A stretch of DNA of 64,000 nucleotides, from contig JAIPHX010000005.1 of NCBI GenBank assembly GCA_021734995.1, positions 4,099 to 68,098 on the forward strand, given 5' to 3'. A program made the translations under genes and the position numbers. Below the pieces are notes generated by a model. The model saw only the letters and a program-made list of their open reading frames with translations, was not told the origin of the DNA and did no database searches. Source of the stretch: Minisyncoccota bacterium (GTDB lineage: Bacteria; Patescibacteriota; Minisyncoccia; Phycocordibacterales; UBA9973). Shown in pieces: positions 49,555 to 59,943 of this stretch (positions within the stretch are counted from its first letter, which is position 1; the number at the start of each line of letters is the position of its first letter).

Positions 49555-51930
49555 ATGAGTAAAAATAAATCAAGAGCAAAGAAGTCAGTGGTCGGAATAA
49601 AAAACATTCGTAACAGAGAAGGCAATATTATATCTTTTGACCTTAGTAAAATAGTAGATGCTATTTCTAAAGCATTCAATAATACTAAAGAAGGTACCAT
49701 CAAAGAGGCACAATCTGTCGCTGATAAGGTTTACAAAGAAGTTTTGCGTCTAATTAAAGACTCTAATGATAAAAATTATGTTCCCACAGTTGAGATGATG
49801 CAGGATTTAGTTGAAGCTGAGCTTATGGAGCTTGGTTATCATCTTACAGCTAAAGCTTATATTTTATATAGGTCAAAAAGGGCAGAATTACGTAGAGAGG
49901 TTGGGATTGTCCCAGCTGAAGATAAAAAGATTTTTGATACTTCTAGCTCTTATTTTTATAGTTCATACGAAGAATTTATTTTTTATCGTACATATTCTAA
50001 ATGGCAAGAATCTTTAGGCAGGAGAGAAACTTGGATTGAAACAACAGATCGTTTTATGGCCTATATGAAAGAAAATTTAGGCAATAAATTTTCTACGAAA
50101 GATTATGATGAGGTAAGAGAAGCTATTTTAAAACAAGATGTTTGTCCTTCTATGCGTTTACTTTGGTCTGCTGGTCCAGCTTGTGACAAGACTAATGTGT
50201 GGGCATACAATTGTTCTTATATTGCACCTACTTGTTGGCAAGATTTTGGTGAGATTATGTATATTTTGATGTGTGGAGCTGGACTTGGTTTTTCTGTAGA
50301 GTCAGAGACTGTTCAAAAATTTCCTCAAATAAAAAGACAGACAGGGAAAAAATTAGCTACGCATATTGTTGAAGATAGCAAAGAAGGATGGGCAGATGCT
50401 TTTGTGCTGGCTTGTAAAACATGGGCAGATGGTCTTGATATAAGTTTTGATTATTCCAAAGTTAGACCTTCTGGTGCTAGATTACACACCGCGGGAGGAC
50501 GTGCATCTGGGCCACAGCCACTTATTGATTTAATAAATTTTACCAAAGTAAGAATGCTTGCTAGACAAGGAAAGCGTCTAAGCAATCTAGACTTGCACGA
50601 CATTATTTGTCAGATTGGTTTGATTGTAGTTGCAGGAGGCGTTAGAAGAAGTGCCTTGATTTCTCTTTCAGATATTGATGATGAATCTATGAGAAAGTCC
50701 AAGCAAGGTCAATTTTGGCTAGAAAATGGTCAAAGATCTATGGCAAACAATTCCGCTGTGTACAATCAAAAACCTTCAGCTTCAGAATTTTTAAATGAAT
50801 GGATTGAGTTAATAAAGTCCGGCACAGGGGAAAGAGGTATTTTTAATAGAGGTGGTTTACTTACTCAATTACCAAAAAGAAGAATAGACAATTGGAAAAA
50901 AGCAGGCATTATAGATGAACAAAATACTATCGTTGAACTTCCTGGATCTAATCCTTGTGGAGAGATTACTCTTAGGTCAAAACAATTCTGCAACCTTACT
51001 TCCATTGTGGTGCGTCCAAAAGATGATTTAGTTGAGCTAAAAAGAAAAGTTAGACTTTCTACTATTTTAGGTACATATCAGGCTACCTTAACTCACTTTG
51101 GTTATCTTTCTAAAGAATGGAAACAAAATTGTGACGAGGAGGCCTTACTAGGAGTATCTATTACAGGATACTATGACAATACTCTTATCAGAAATGATGA
51201 AGTATTGAGAGATTTAAAAAATGAATCTATAAAAGTGAACAAAGAATATGCTAAAAAATTTGGTATAAATCAATCTACTTGTGTCACCACAGTGAAGCCA
51301 CATGGCAATTCTGGTCAGCTTATGTATGTTGGCTCAGGTATGCATCCTTGGTTTGCAAAGTATTTTATTAGAAGAGTTCGTATTGGTGTAAATGATCCAT
51401 TGTTTACATTAATGAAAGATCAAGGAGTCCCTTTTAAACCAGAAGTTGGGTACTCAACAGCAAACTCTACTGTAGCAGTATTAGAGTTTCCCATCAAAGC
51501 ACCAGAAGGAGCAGTGACAAAAGATAAAGTTTCAGCTATTGATTTGCTTCAAGAATGGAAGAGATTAAAAGTAAATTATATTGAACACAACCCATCTGTG
51601 ACTATTTATGTAGGAAATGATGAATGGATTAAAGTTGCCAATTTTGTCTACGAAAACTGGGATATCGTAGGAGGGCTTTCTTTTTTGCCTCGTTCAGAAC
51701 ACGTGTATCAACTTGCTCCTTATGAAGAGATAAGTAAAGAAGAGTATGAAAAAAGAATGAAAGAGATAAAACAAATAGATTTCTCAAAGCTTGTATATTA
51801 TGAGCAAGAAGACAATACCATTGGTGCTAAAGAATTTGCTTGTGTTTCAGGGGTCTGTTCTATTGATGACGTTATGGCAGAAGAAGCACAAAAAGAAAAC
51901 GCTCAAAGTTCTTCCTCTGAAGAAGCTTAG
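49555..51930 (+). CDS. nrdJ: Class II (adenosylcobalamin-dependent) ribonucleotide reductase with N-terminal ATP cone
   Basis: ATP cone, YRTYS, PSMR, YNC, ASGP, GGVRRSALI, NPCGEI, FCNL, TTVKP, C-terminal CVSGVC. Confidence 0.93.
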   Translation: MSKNKSRAKKSVVGIKNIRNREGNIISFDLSKIVDAISKAFNNTKEGTIKEAQSVADKVYKEVLRLIKDSNDKNYVPTVEMMQDLVEAELMELGYHLTAKAYILYRSKRAELRREVGIVPAEDKKIFDTSSSYFYSSYEEFIFYRTYSKWQESLGRRETWIETTDRFMAYMKENLGNKFSTKDYDEVREAILKQDVCPSMRLLWSAGPACDKTNVWAYNCSYIAPTCWQDFGEIMYILMCGAGLGFSVESETVQKFPQIKRQTGKKLATHIVEDSKEGWADAFVLACKTWADGLDISFDYSKVRPSGARLHTAGGRASGPQPLIDLINFTKVRMLARQGKRLSNLDLHDIICQIGLIVVAGGVRRSALISLSDIDDESMRKSKQGQFWLENGQRSMANNSAVYNQKPSASEFLNEWIELIKSGTGERGIFNRGGLLTQLPKRRIDNWKKAGIIDEQNTIVELPGSNPCGEITLRSKQFCNLTSIVVRPKDDLVELKRKVRLSTILGTYQATLTHFGYLSKEWKQNCDEEALLGVSITGYYDNTLIRNDEVLRDLKNESIKVNKEYAKKFGINQSTCVTTVKPHGNSGQLMYVGSGMHPWFAKYFIRRVRIGVNDPLFTLMKDQGVPFKPEVGYSTANSTVAVLEFPIKAPEGAVTKDKVSAIDLLQEWKRLKVNYIEHNPSVTIYVGNDEWIKVANFVYENWDIVGGLSFLPRSEHVYQLAPYEEISKEEYEKRMKEIKQIDFSKLVYYEQEDNTIGAKEFACVSGVCSIDDVMAEEAQKENAQSSSSEEA

Positions 51931-52051
51931 ATTCTAATCGAAGTATATTTCTATACCAAACAAGATCTGATAGTTACTTTATAATATTGATGTTTAAGTA
52001 ATAGATATTTCTACTTGTTTTTTGGATACTTTTCACATATACTGTCAAAGA

Positions 52052-52346
52052 CTTATATCAGATGATTGCTCTTGTTTTTTAACAAGAGAGGAAAGTCCGA
52101 ACACGCAGTCGGCCTAGCCGATTAAACGTAGTGGGTAATACCCATCTTCCAAGGAGTTGGAAAGAGGTGCGAACAGAGACGAGTCTTTAGCTTCGGCTAA
52201 AGAGTGAAACGGCAAAATCCTTACGCGCGTGCAAGATCGTGTCCGTTTTTACGGAAGAATCGCTTGACTCTATTGGTAACAATAGAGCTAGATAAATAAT
52301 CATCGACTCTTTTAAAGAGTTACAGAATTCGGCTTATAGGTATAAG
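52052..52346 (+). ncRNA. rnpB: RNase P RNA (compact, ~295 nt)
   Basis: GAGGAAAGTCCGAAC...AGTGAAACGG...GCAAG...CTAGATAAATAATC...ACAGAATTCGGCTTAT; terminal P1 CTTATATC/GGTATAAG. Confidence 0.95.
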
Positions 52347-52356
52347 ACTCATATAT

Positions 52357-52387
52357 GAAAAATCCCTTCGCAAGAGGGGATTTTTCT
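52357..52387 (+). terminator. Terminator after rnpB
   Basis: GAAAAATCCCTTC-gcaa-GAGGGGATTTTTTC. Confidence 0.85.
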
Positions 52388-52516
52388 ATATTAAGCAAAT
52401 AATGCTCTAAAAACAGTACATATTAAGCTAGTATTTGTAAATACTATATTTACAATAAACCCTTGCTTTATAAGACTTTTTTACTTCCTTTTTCTCTGTT
52501 TTGTAAGTAAAAATAC

Positions 52517-52545
52517 TTGACTTTTGTTTTCCTTTATGCTATCAT
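52517..52545 (+). promoter_or_regulatory. Sigma70 promoter with extended -10
   Basis: TTGACT-17 nt-TATCAT with TG at -15/-14. Confidence 0.7.
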
Positions 52546-52648
52546 ATACCCATACCTTTATTATAGGACTTAAGTCTTATGAATAAAGGTTTTTTAAGTT
52601 AGAGCTGAAAAACAGAAACGAAGTTGACGGAGCTCATACCGTCACAAT

Positions 52649-53257
52649 ATGAAAAAAAATAATATAATACGTTTCGTTCACTCCTTGGTGCTTTTGCCTA
52701 TATTAACAGGAGGCATGCCTGCACCGTCTAGTATTGGAGATATGTTATTAGTTAAGAACGAAATTGTATTATCCCAAAAACAAAATATCGAAGCTTTAGG
52801 TTTGATTTCTTCTAACCAAGATTCAAATATTAAAGTTAAAACATTAGAAGCACAAGCACAAGCTATAGACGATTACTTCAAATCTTATGATTTACCATTT
52901 CACGGTATAGGTAAGTCAATGGTAGAATCTTCTGAAAAATATGGTCTTGATTGGCGTCTATTACCAGCTATTGCAATGCGTGAGTCTACTGGAGGTAAGT
53001 TTGCTTGTAAAAAAGCTACCTTTAATGCTTTTGGATGGGGTTCATGTAAAATAAACTTTGACTCCCACGAAGAAGCAGTAGAAACAGTGGCAAAAAATTT
53101 AGGTGGTCAAAATCCTAGGACAGCAATGCACTATGCGGGTAAAGACACTAAAGAAATATTGCTTGCTTACAATCCTCCTTCTATTATCCCAAATTACGTA
53201 CCTCAAGTTATGAAGATTATGGAAAAAATAGGAGAAAAAGATTTTGGAAATATTTAA
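52649..53257 (+). CDS. Exported lysozyme-like / glucosaminidase-like protein
   Basis: Signal-like N-terminus; YGLDWRLLPAIAMRESTGG...NAFGWG...YN..Y. Confidence 0.72.
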   Translation: MKKNNIIRFVHSLVLLPILTGGMPAPSSIGDMLLVKNEIVLSQKQNIEALGLISSNQDSNIKVKTLEAQAQAIDDYFKSYDLPFHGIGKSMVESSEKYGLDWRLLPAIAMRESTGGKFACKKATFNAFGWGSCKINFDSHEEAVETVAKNLGGQNPRTAMHYAGKDTKEILLAYNPPSIIPNYVPQVMKIMEKIGEKDFGNI

Positions 53258-53264
53258 TCTAAAT

Positions 53265-53296
53265 AAAAAACACCTCTTTAAAAGAGGTGTTTTTTA
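53265..53296. terminator. Bidirectional terminator
   Basis: AAAAAACACCTCTTT-a-AAAGAGGTGTTTTTT between convergent genes. Confidence 0.85.
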
Positions 53297-53319
53297 TTGA
53301 TAGTATAGATTTGTGTTGT

Positions 53320-54408
53320 TTATTTAGTATCTTCTAAATAAATTAAAGTCATTTTGTGTTCTTTTGGTTCAAAGAGGGTTATTTGGAAATTATAGTTTTT
53401 TCCAAGTTCTAGTTTTTCTCTTAATTTAGATTCCAATCCAAAAGTAGAATTATGTACCAAACCAGCAACTCCTTCTTTGATGGACACTAGAGCTCCGTGT
53501 TTGTTGTATTTAATTACTACTCCCTTGATTATATCTCCCTTTTTAAGTTTTCCTTCAAATTCTTTCCAAGGGTTTTCTTTCAATGCTTTAATAGAAAGAG
53601 ATATTTTACCTTCTTTTATTTCTATTACTTTAGCTTTGATTTTATCTCCAATTTTAAACATAGTGCGAGGATCTTCTACTAACCCCCAGTCTAATTCTGA
53701 GATGTGTACCAATCCTTCTAATCCATTTTCTAATTTTAGAAATACTCCAAAGTCTACAATACCAGCTATTGTACAATCAACATCATCGCCGATATTATAT
53801 TTTGATAAGATCTCTTTCTTTTCTTCAGTGTTGTTGTCTTTTTCAGAAAAGATAAGTTTGCCTTCTTTTGGTAGAGTAGAGATAATCATAGCTGAAATAC
53901 TCTCACCAACAAGCTTTTTTAATTCTTTTAAGATTTTATCTTTATCAGAATCTAGAACTCTAGGATAGTGTTCTGCTTTAAGCTGGGAAGCAGGTAAGAA
54001 ACCTTGTATTCCTTGCCATTCTAAAATCAAACCACCTTTGTTTGCATCTTTCACTTCCAAACTAAAAATAGTCTTACTTTTGATAGCTTTCTCAGCTTCG
54101 CTCCAGATAAGGGCTTGTTTTGCTTCTTTCAAAGAAAGCTCTATATAGCCATTCTCATTTTCTGATTCGACAACCTTTGCTTTTATAGAATCTCCAATGC
54201 TAATTTTTTTGATAATGTCTTTAGCATTTATAAACTCTCTTCCATATATGATACCTGTGCCAAAAGGGGACAAATCTACATATACAGATGATTTTTTTAC
54301 TAAAATAACAGGTCCTTCTACCAACTGATCTACCTTTGGCTTTTCAAGACTTTTTTCTGCTATTGTTTTGAGCATCAAATTTTCAGATGCGTTTTCGTCT
54401 TTTTTCAT
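53320..54408 (-). CDS. rpsA: 30S ribosomal protein S1, short four-domain form
   Basis: Repeated S1 domains: ANKGGL, GFLPASQ, FGVF...GLVHISELDW. Confidence 0.92.
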   Translation of the reverse strand: MKKDENASENLMLKTIAEKSLEKPKVDQLVEGPVILVKKSSVYVDLSPFGTGIIYGREFINAKDIIKKISIGDSIKAKVVESENENGYIELSLKEAKQALIWSEAEKAIKSKTIFSLEVKDANKGGLILEWQGIQGFLPASQLKAEHYPRVLDSDKDKILKELKKLVGESISAMIISTLPKEGKLIFSEKDNNTEEKKEILSKYNIGDDVDCTIAGIVDFGVFLKLENGLEGLVHISELDWGLVEDPRTMFKIGDKIKAKVIEIKEGKISLSIKALKENPWKEFEGKLKKGDIIKGVVIKYNKHGALVSIKEGVAGLVHNSTFGLESKLREKLELGKNYNFQITLFEPKEHKMTLIYLEDTK

Positions 54409-54668
54409 TTTTAAATTAAAATACCCGCTTGTGCGCGGGATAAAGGCTTAGGTTCTTTTTAATTTACACCAAAAAGGGTTATCCTAAATCCAGCTTTTAA
54501 TATATTGAACTTCATTTAATATACTACATTCTCTAGATTTTGCAAGTTACTAGGGTAATGTGCACACACATATGGCGGTTTCTGGATAAAATTTAAGAAG
54601 GGGCAGTAGATGTGTAAATTCTCTTAAAGTCTTTATTAAAATAAAATAGAATGATATAATATGATGTA

Positions 54669-55295
54669 ATGATTATTACATATTTCGGAAAGCAGTTTTT
54701 TAAGATAAACCAAGGAGAAATGGTATTGGCTTTTAATCCTGTAAGCAAGGATTCAAAATCTGGTATTAGTGCTAAGTTTGGCGCTGATATTGCGTTAGTT
54801 ACAACAAACCATCCAGATTACAATGGAGTTGATCAGCTTTCTTATGGAGAAAGAATGCCTTTTATTGTGAGTGGTCCAGGAGATTATGAAGTAAAAAGCA
54901 TTTTTATAAACGGAGGAATGTCTGAGTTTCAGTTGAATGATAAAAAATATATCAATACTGTATATTCTTTGACCATAGATGGTATAAATATTGTATTTTT
55001 AGGAGCATTGTCTAATGCCAATTTGTCAAAAGAAGCACGAGGATTGGCAGAATCTCCAGATATTCTTTTTGTACCAATAGGCGGGGAGAGTTTACTTTCT
55101 GCAAAAGATGCCGCCAAGTTTTCTGCTTCTCTTGAAGCAAAGCTTGTAATCCCAATGGACTATGACAAAAATTCTTTACAGATTTTTCTTAAAGAGATGG
55201 GAGAAGAGAATGCAGAGGTGGTAGACAAAATAACATTAAAAAGAAAAGATTTAGATGGGAGTGAGGGTAAGGTCGTTGTTTTAAAAGCAGTTTAA
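54669..55295 (+). CDS. Metallo-beta-lactamase-fold protein (Lactamase_B_3-like) with degenerate metal motif
   Basis: MIITYFG..FKI, ADIALVTTNHPDYN, GPGDYEV, DILFVPIGG, VIPMDY. Confidence 0.8.
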   Translation: MIITYFGKQFFKINQGEMVLAFNPVSKDSKSGISAKFGADIALVTTNHPDYNGVDQLSYGERMPFIVSGPGDYEVKSIFINGGMSEFQLNDKKYINTVYSLTIDGINIVFLGALSNANLSKEARGLAESPDILFVPIGGESLLSAKDAAKFSASLEAKLVIPMDYDKNSLQIFLKEMGEENAEVVDKITLKRKDLDGSEGKVVVLKAV

Positions 55296-55308
55296 TTTTT
55301 TTATAAAT

Positions 55309-55524
55309 ATGAAAAAAGTTATTCATCATTTAAGGAATCAACCAGAGGATGTTCGCAGACATGTTTTGCATCTTATCACTTTTTCGTGTGCAGTTATTTT
55401 GTTATTGTTTTGGGTGTATAGTTTGGGTACTGATTTAGCTAAACCAGAAACAAAAGAATCTATTAAGGAAGATTTAGCTCCGTTCAAATTATTAAAAGAA
55501 AATGTAATTTCAACTACAAAATAA
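55309..55524 (+). CDS. Small single-TM hypothetical protein
   Basis: 71-aa ORF in the run leading to gyrA. Confidence 0.7.
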   Translation: MKKVIHHLRNQPEDVRRHVLHLITFSCAVILLLFWVYSLGTDLAKPETKESIKEDLAPFKLLKENVISTTK

Positions 55525-55569
55525 TCAGTAATTAAAATAATTCTACAAAAATAGATAAAAGAAATTTTT

Positions 55570-58026
55570 ATGCCAAAAAGTAAAGAAGAAGAAAAACCAA
55601 TAGAGAGACAAGGTATTATACCTGTGGATGTCGTTGCTGAAATGAAAGAGTCTTATTTGGCTTATGCCATGTCTGTTATTACAGCAAGAGCATTACCAGA
55701 CGTAAGAGATGGGTTAAAGCCAGTTCATAGAAGAATACTTTTTGCGATGAGTGAAATGGGACTTACTTTCTCTTCTAGATTTAGAAAATCCGCTGCTATT
55801 GTCGGAGATGTTCTTGGAAAATACCATCCACATGGAGATGTGGCTGTGTATGATTCTATGGTAGGTATGGCACAAGAATTCTCTTTTCGTTATCCGTTGA
55901 TTATAGGACAAGGGAACTTTGGTTCTATTGATGGAGATTCTGCTGCTGCTATGAGGTATACCGAAGCGAAAATGGCCAAATTATCTTCTGAGCTTTTAAG
56001 GGATTTAGATAAAGAAACAGTAGATTTTCGTCCCAACTATGACCAGACAAGAAAAGAACCTATTGTCTTACCATCTGCTGTACCATCTCTTTTGTTGAAT
56101 GGAACACTAGGTATTGCTGTTGGTATGGCTACCAACATCCCACCACACAATCTTTATGAAGTTGTCTCAGCGACGAAGCATCTAATTGAAAATGAGAATG
56201 CTACCACTGAAGATTTAATGCAATTTGTAAAAGGACCGGATTTTCCTACAGGAGGTATTGCTTATGGATATAAAGACATGCTTCATGCATATTCTAGCGG
56301 AAGAGGTGGTGTAGTATGTAGGGGAGAAGCTGAGATTATAGAACAAAAAGGTGGTAATTTTCAGATAATCATCACTTCCTTACCTTTTAGAGTAAACAAA
56401 GCAAATCTTATTATGGCTATTGCTGAGTTGGTGCAAGAAAAAAAATTAGACGGCATTAAGGGTTTGAGAGATGAGTCTACCAAAGATATAAGAGTAGTGA
56501 TTGATTTAAAATCTAGCGCTCATCCAGAAAAGGTTTTGAATTATATATATAGGAATACTCAGCTTGAGTCTAATTTCAATTTCAATTTAGTTGCTTTGGT
56601 AGATGGAGTACCTCAGACTTTGTCGCTCAAATCTATCCTTGCACAATTTATATTACACAGACAAGAGGTAGTCAGAAGAAGGACTACTTATGATTTAAGA
56701 AAAGCAGAAGAGAGAGAACATATTTTACTTGGATTAAAAAAAGCACTAGATAAGATTGATAGAGTTATTACAATCATTAGAAGCTCAAAAAATGCTTCTG
56801 TTGCGAAAGAAAATTTGATTAAAGAATTTAAGTTCTCAGATTTACAAGCAACAGCTATTTTGGAAATGAAGCTTGCCAAGCTTGCTGGCCTAGAAAGAAA
56901 AGCAGTACTTGACGAGCTCGAAGAAAAACAAAAATTCATAAAAGAAATGAAAGAGATTTTGGCTAACCCAAAAAGAATGTTGAAAATTATTTCTACTGAG
57001 TTAGATGAAATAGCTGAAAGATATAAAGATGAAAGAAGAACAAAGATAATGAAGGGTGGAGTAAAAGAAATCTCAGACGAGGATTTAATTCCAGACAAAG
57101 AGACTGTCCTTGTGCTTACAGCAGGGGGATATGTAAAGCGTACTGATCCTTCAGAATATAGGTCACAAAAAAGAGGAGGGGTGGGAGTTGTTGATTTAGA
57201 AACAAAAGAAGAAGATTTTGTAACTATGCTTGTGTCTGGATCTACTCATAGTGATTTACTTTTCTTTACAAATATGGGGAAAGTGTATCAAATGAAAATG
57301 TATGATATTCCAGAAGGACGCAGAGCCACCAAAGGTAAGTCTATGATGAATTTTATTTCATTAGCAGGTGAAGAAAAAGTCACTTCTATTTTGGCAATGC
57401 CAAAAAATCTGGATAAGACTGACTCATCTCTAATGCTTTTCACAAAAGAAGGAACAGTCAAAAAAATGTCTGCAGGAAGTTTTAAAGATGTTCGTCGTAG
57501 TGGTATTATTGCTATCAAATTAGACAAAAATGATAGCTTGATAAGTGCATTCCTTACAGACAAAGGAGATGATGTAATGGTGGCGACTAATCTTGGTCAA
57601 TCAATTCGTTTTAAAGAATCTGACATTCGTCAAATGGGTAGGACTGCAGGAGGAGTACGAGGAATGAAACTTGGGAAAGGAGATGAAGTAATCGCAGTTG
57701 ACGTTGTAAAAAAAGAAAATAAAGATGGGTTTTTCTTGGTAATGAGTGAAAATGGTCTAGGTAAAAAGACTCCTTTAAAAGAATATAAAGTACAAAAAAG
57801 AGGTGGAAGTGGAATCAAGACAGCAAAAGTAACTCCTAAAACAGGAAAACTAATTGTAGGTAAGGTATTGAACGGTGAAGAAGAAAAGTTGATTGCAATG
57901 TCTAAGAAAGGGCAAGTGATCCGCACAGATTTAAAGGATATTTCTAGTTTGGGGAGACAAACACAAGGAGTGACAATAATGAGGTTACGAGCAGGGGATT
58001 ATATTGCTTCTTTGGTGTGTGCTTAA
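55570..58026 (+). CDS. gyrA: DNA gyrase subunit A
   Basis: [29 protein letters not shown], GyrA-box QKRGGVG, C-terminal beta-pinwheel repeats. Confidence 0.98.
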   Translation: MPKSKEEEKPIERQGIIPVDVVAEMKESYLAYAMSVITARALPDVRDGLKPVHRRILFAMSEMGLTFSSRFRKSAAIVGDVLGKYHPHGDVAVYDSMVGMAQEFSFRYPLIIGQGNFGSIDGDSAAAMRYTEAKMAKLSSELLRDLDKETVDFRPNYDQTRKEPIVLPSAVPSLLLNGTLGIAVGMATNIPPHNLYEVVSATKHLIENENATTEDLMQFVKGPDFPTGGIAYGYKDMLHAYSSGRGGVVCRGEAEIIEQKGGNFQIIITSLPFRVNKANLIMAIAELVQEKKLDGIKGLRDESTKDIRVVIDLKSSAHPEKVLNYIYRNTQLESNFNFNLVALVDGVPQTLSLKSILAQFILHRQEVVRRRTTYDLRKAEEREHILLGLKKALDKIDRVITIIRSSKNASVAKENLIKEFKFSDLQATAILEMKLAKLAGLERKAVLDELEEKQKFIKEMKEILANPKRMLKIISTELDEIAERYKDERRTKIMKGGVKEISDEDLIPDKETVLVLTAGGYVKRTDPSEYRSQKRGGVGVVDLETKEEDFVTMLVSGSTHSDLLFFTNMGKVYQMKMYDIPEGRRATKGKSMMNFISLAGEEKVTSILAMPKNLDKTDSSLMLFTKEGTVKKMSAGSFKDVRRSGIIAIKLDKNDSLISAFLTDKGDDVMVATNLGQSIRFKESDIRQMGRTAGGVRGMKLGKGDEVIAVDVVKKENKDGFFLVMSENGLGKKTPLKEYKVQKRGGSGIKTAKVTPKTGKLIVGKVLNGEEEKLIAMSKKGQVIRTDLKDISSLGRQTQGVTIMRLRAGDYIASLVCA

Positions 58027-58129
58027 AAATTACAATTATTTTCTGATAAAGGTTTTCCCACTGCTTTTGTTTTCAGGAATTATAAAATTAATGTATAATA
58101 TAGAAAGGAATAAATTGATTTCTTAAATT

Positions 58130-58648
58130 ATGTTCAACGATCCTGAAAAAAATTTACAAACATTCTCAATAGATGAAAATATGGTCATAGCTGATTTCGG
58201 AGCGGGAACAGGTTTTTATACCATTGCTTCAGCTAGAATGGTTCCAAAAGGAAAAGTGTATGCTTTAGAAGTACAAAAAGACTTAATTGAGACTATAAAA
58301 TTGAAAGCAAGATATGAACATCTTTCCAACATAGAATGTATTTGGTCTAATGTAGAGAAAATTGGAGGGACCAAACTCGCAGATAGTATAATAGACAGAG
58401 CTATTGTTTCCAATGTGTTGTTTCAGATAGAAGATAAGAAAAATTTCGTAGAAGAAATTAAAAGAGTATTGAAGCCAGGAGGAAAGCTTTTATTGATAGA
58501 TCACTGTCCAGACAAATCACATTTAAAAATAGAAATGGTATCAAAAGAAAAAGCCAGAGAGATGTTTGAAGCCAGGGGTTTTGTTTTTGAAAAAAATATT
58601 GATGCAGGAACACACAATTATGGTATAATTTTCTCTATAAAGAAGTGA
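58130..58648 (+). CDS. Class I SAM-dependent methyltransferase
   Basis: ADFGAGTG, VYALEV, RVLKPGGKL. Confidence 0.9.
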   Translation: MFNDPEKNLQTFSIDENMVIADFGAGTGFYTIASARMVPKGKVYALEVQKDLIETIKLKARYEHLSNIECIWSNVEKIGGTKLADSIIDRAIVSNVLFQIEDKKNFVEEIKRVLKPGGKLLLIDHCPDKSHLKIEMVSKEKAREMFEARGFVFEKNIDAGTHNYGIIFSIKK

Positions 58649-59943
58649 AAAATTTTCAAATCATTCTAATTACTGTTTTCATTGTCCTAGCGGTGGTAGG
58701 AGTTTTGGTTTTTTCTGGGATGATTCCTCTTGGTGAAAAAAAGAATGAAGAAGGGTCTGGTGGAACTGTTGTATTGTGGGGAACAGTTAGTTCTAGTAGT
58801 TTGTCAAAAGCTATTGAAAATTTCAATCATGACAATAATGTATATGTTTTACAGTATGTTCAAAAAAGAGAGGATTCTTTTGATAAAGACCTGTTGGAAG
58901 CTTTGGCTAGTGGAAAAGGACCTGATATATTTATTGTGCCTGAAAACTTAATTTATAAATACAGTAATAAGATTTTACCTATCCCTTATGAAAGTTTTCC
59001 TTTAGCATCTTTTCAACAGATTTTTATTTCACCAAGTGAAGTATTTCTTACATCTAAAGGAGCTCTCGCCTTTCCTCTATCTGTAGATCCTTTAATGATG
59101 TATTATAATAGAGCATTTTTGAATTCTAGTAATATAATAAACCCGCCATCTACTTGGAAAGAACTTTCGGAGATGGTTCCAGTATTAAATTTTAAAGATG
59201 AAAGTGGGAAATTAATTAAGACTACAGTAGCACTTGGGCATTTTTCAAACATAGAAAATGCTAAATATATACTAACAGGAATGTTTATGCAGGTCGGTAC
59301 CCCTATTGTTGTAGAAAATAATGGAGTATTTTTACCCAATCTAGTGAGCTCACTAAATTCTTCTAATAATGAAAATGTTTTGAATACATATACAAGCTTT
59401 GCCGACCCATTTAAAGAAAATTATTCTTGGAACAAATCAATGCCTAATTCCAAAGATGCTTTTACTTCTGGGAGTACGGCATTTTATTTTGGTTTTGCGA
59501 GTGAGTTGAAGTCTTTGATTGAACGTAACCCAAATTTGAATTTAATGGTAGCGCCGATGCCACAGATGGATAATTTACAAAATAAAATTACATCTGGAGA
59601 GATTAATGGTCTTGCAGTATCTGTTTTTTCCCAAAATAGAGATAGTGCTTTTTTGGTAGCTAATCTTTTGTCTAAGAGTGATTTTGCTAAAGAATTTGCA
59701 TCCGCCACAGGAACTATCCCGATTAGAAAAGATTTACTTATAAGCGACAAGAGTAATCAGTTTGAAACAGCATTCTATACTTCTGCTCTTTTCACTAGAG
59801 GTTGGATAGATCCTTCTCCAAAAGAATCTTATGCAATTTTCAAAGACGTAATAGAAGGTATTTTGTCAAATACTTTAAATCTATCAAGTGTAATAAGAGA
59901 GATAGATTCCAAATTAAATTTATTGTTTGATAAAAATATATGA
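58645..59943 (+). CDS. Membrane-anchored extracellular solute-binding protein (sugar SBP family 1-like)
   Basis: N-terminal TM, LWG, ALASGKGPDIF, PLSVDPLMMYYN, PSTWKEL, FTSG..AF. Confidence 0.85.
   Translation: MKNFQIILITVFIVLAVVGVLVFSGMIPLGEKKNEEGSGGTVVLWGTVSSSSLSKAIENFNHDNNVYVLQYVQKREDSFDKDLLEALASGKGPDIFIVPENLIYKYSNKILPIPYESFPLASFQQIFISPSEVFLTSKGALAFPLSVDPLMMYYNRAFLNSSNIINPPSTWKELSEMVPVLNFKDESGKLIKTTVALGHFSNIENAKYILTGMFMQVGTPIVVENNGVFLPNLVSSLNSSNNENVLNTYTSFADPFKENYSWNKSMPNSKDAFTSGSTAFYFGFASELKSLIERNPNLNLMVAPMPQMDNLQNKITSGEINGLAVSVFSQNRDSAFLVANLLSKSDFAKEFASATGTIPIRKDLLISDKSNQFETAFYTSALFTRGWIDPSPKESYAIFKDVIEGILSNTLNLSSVIREIDSKLNLLFDKNI

Noticed and set aside
52600-52625. Hammerhead-like CTGA...GAAA
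   Set aside because: Lacks CUGAnGA and the three flanking stems.
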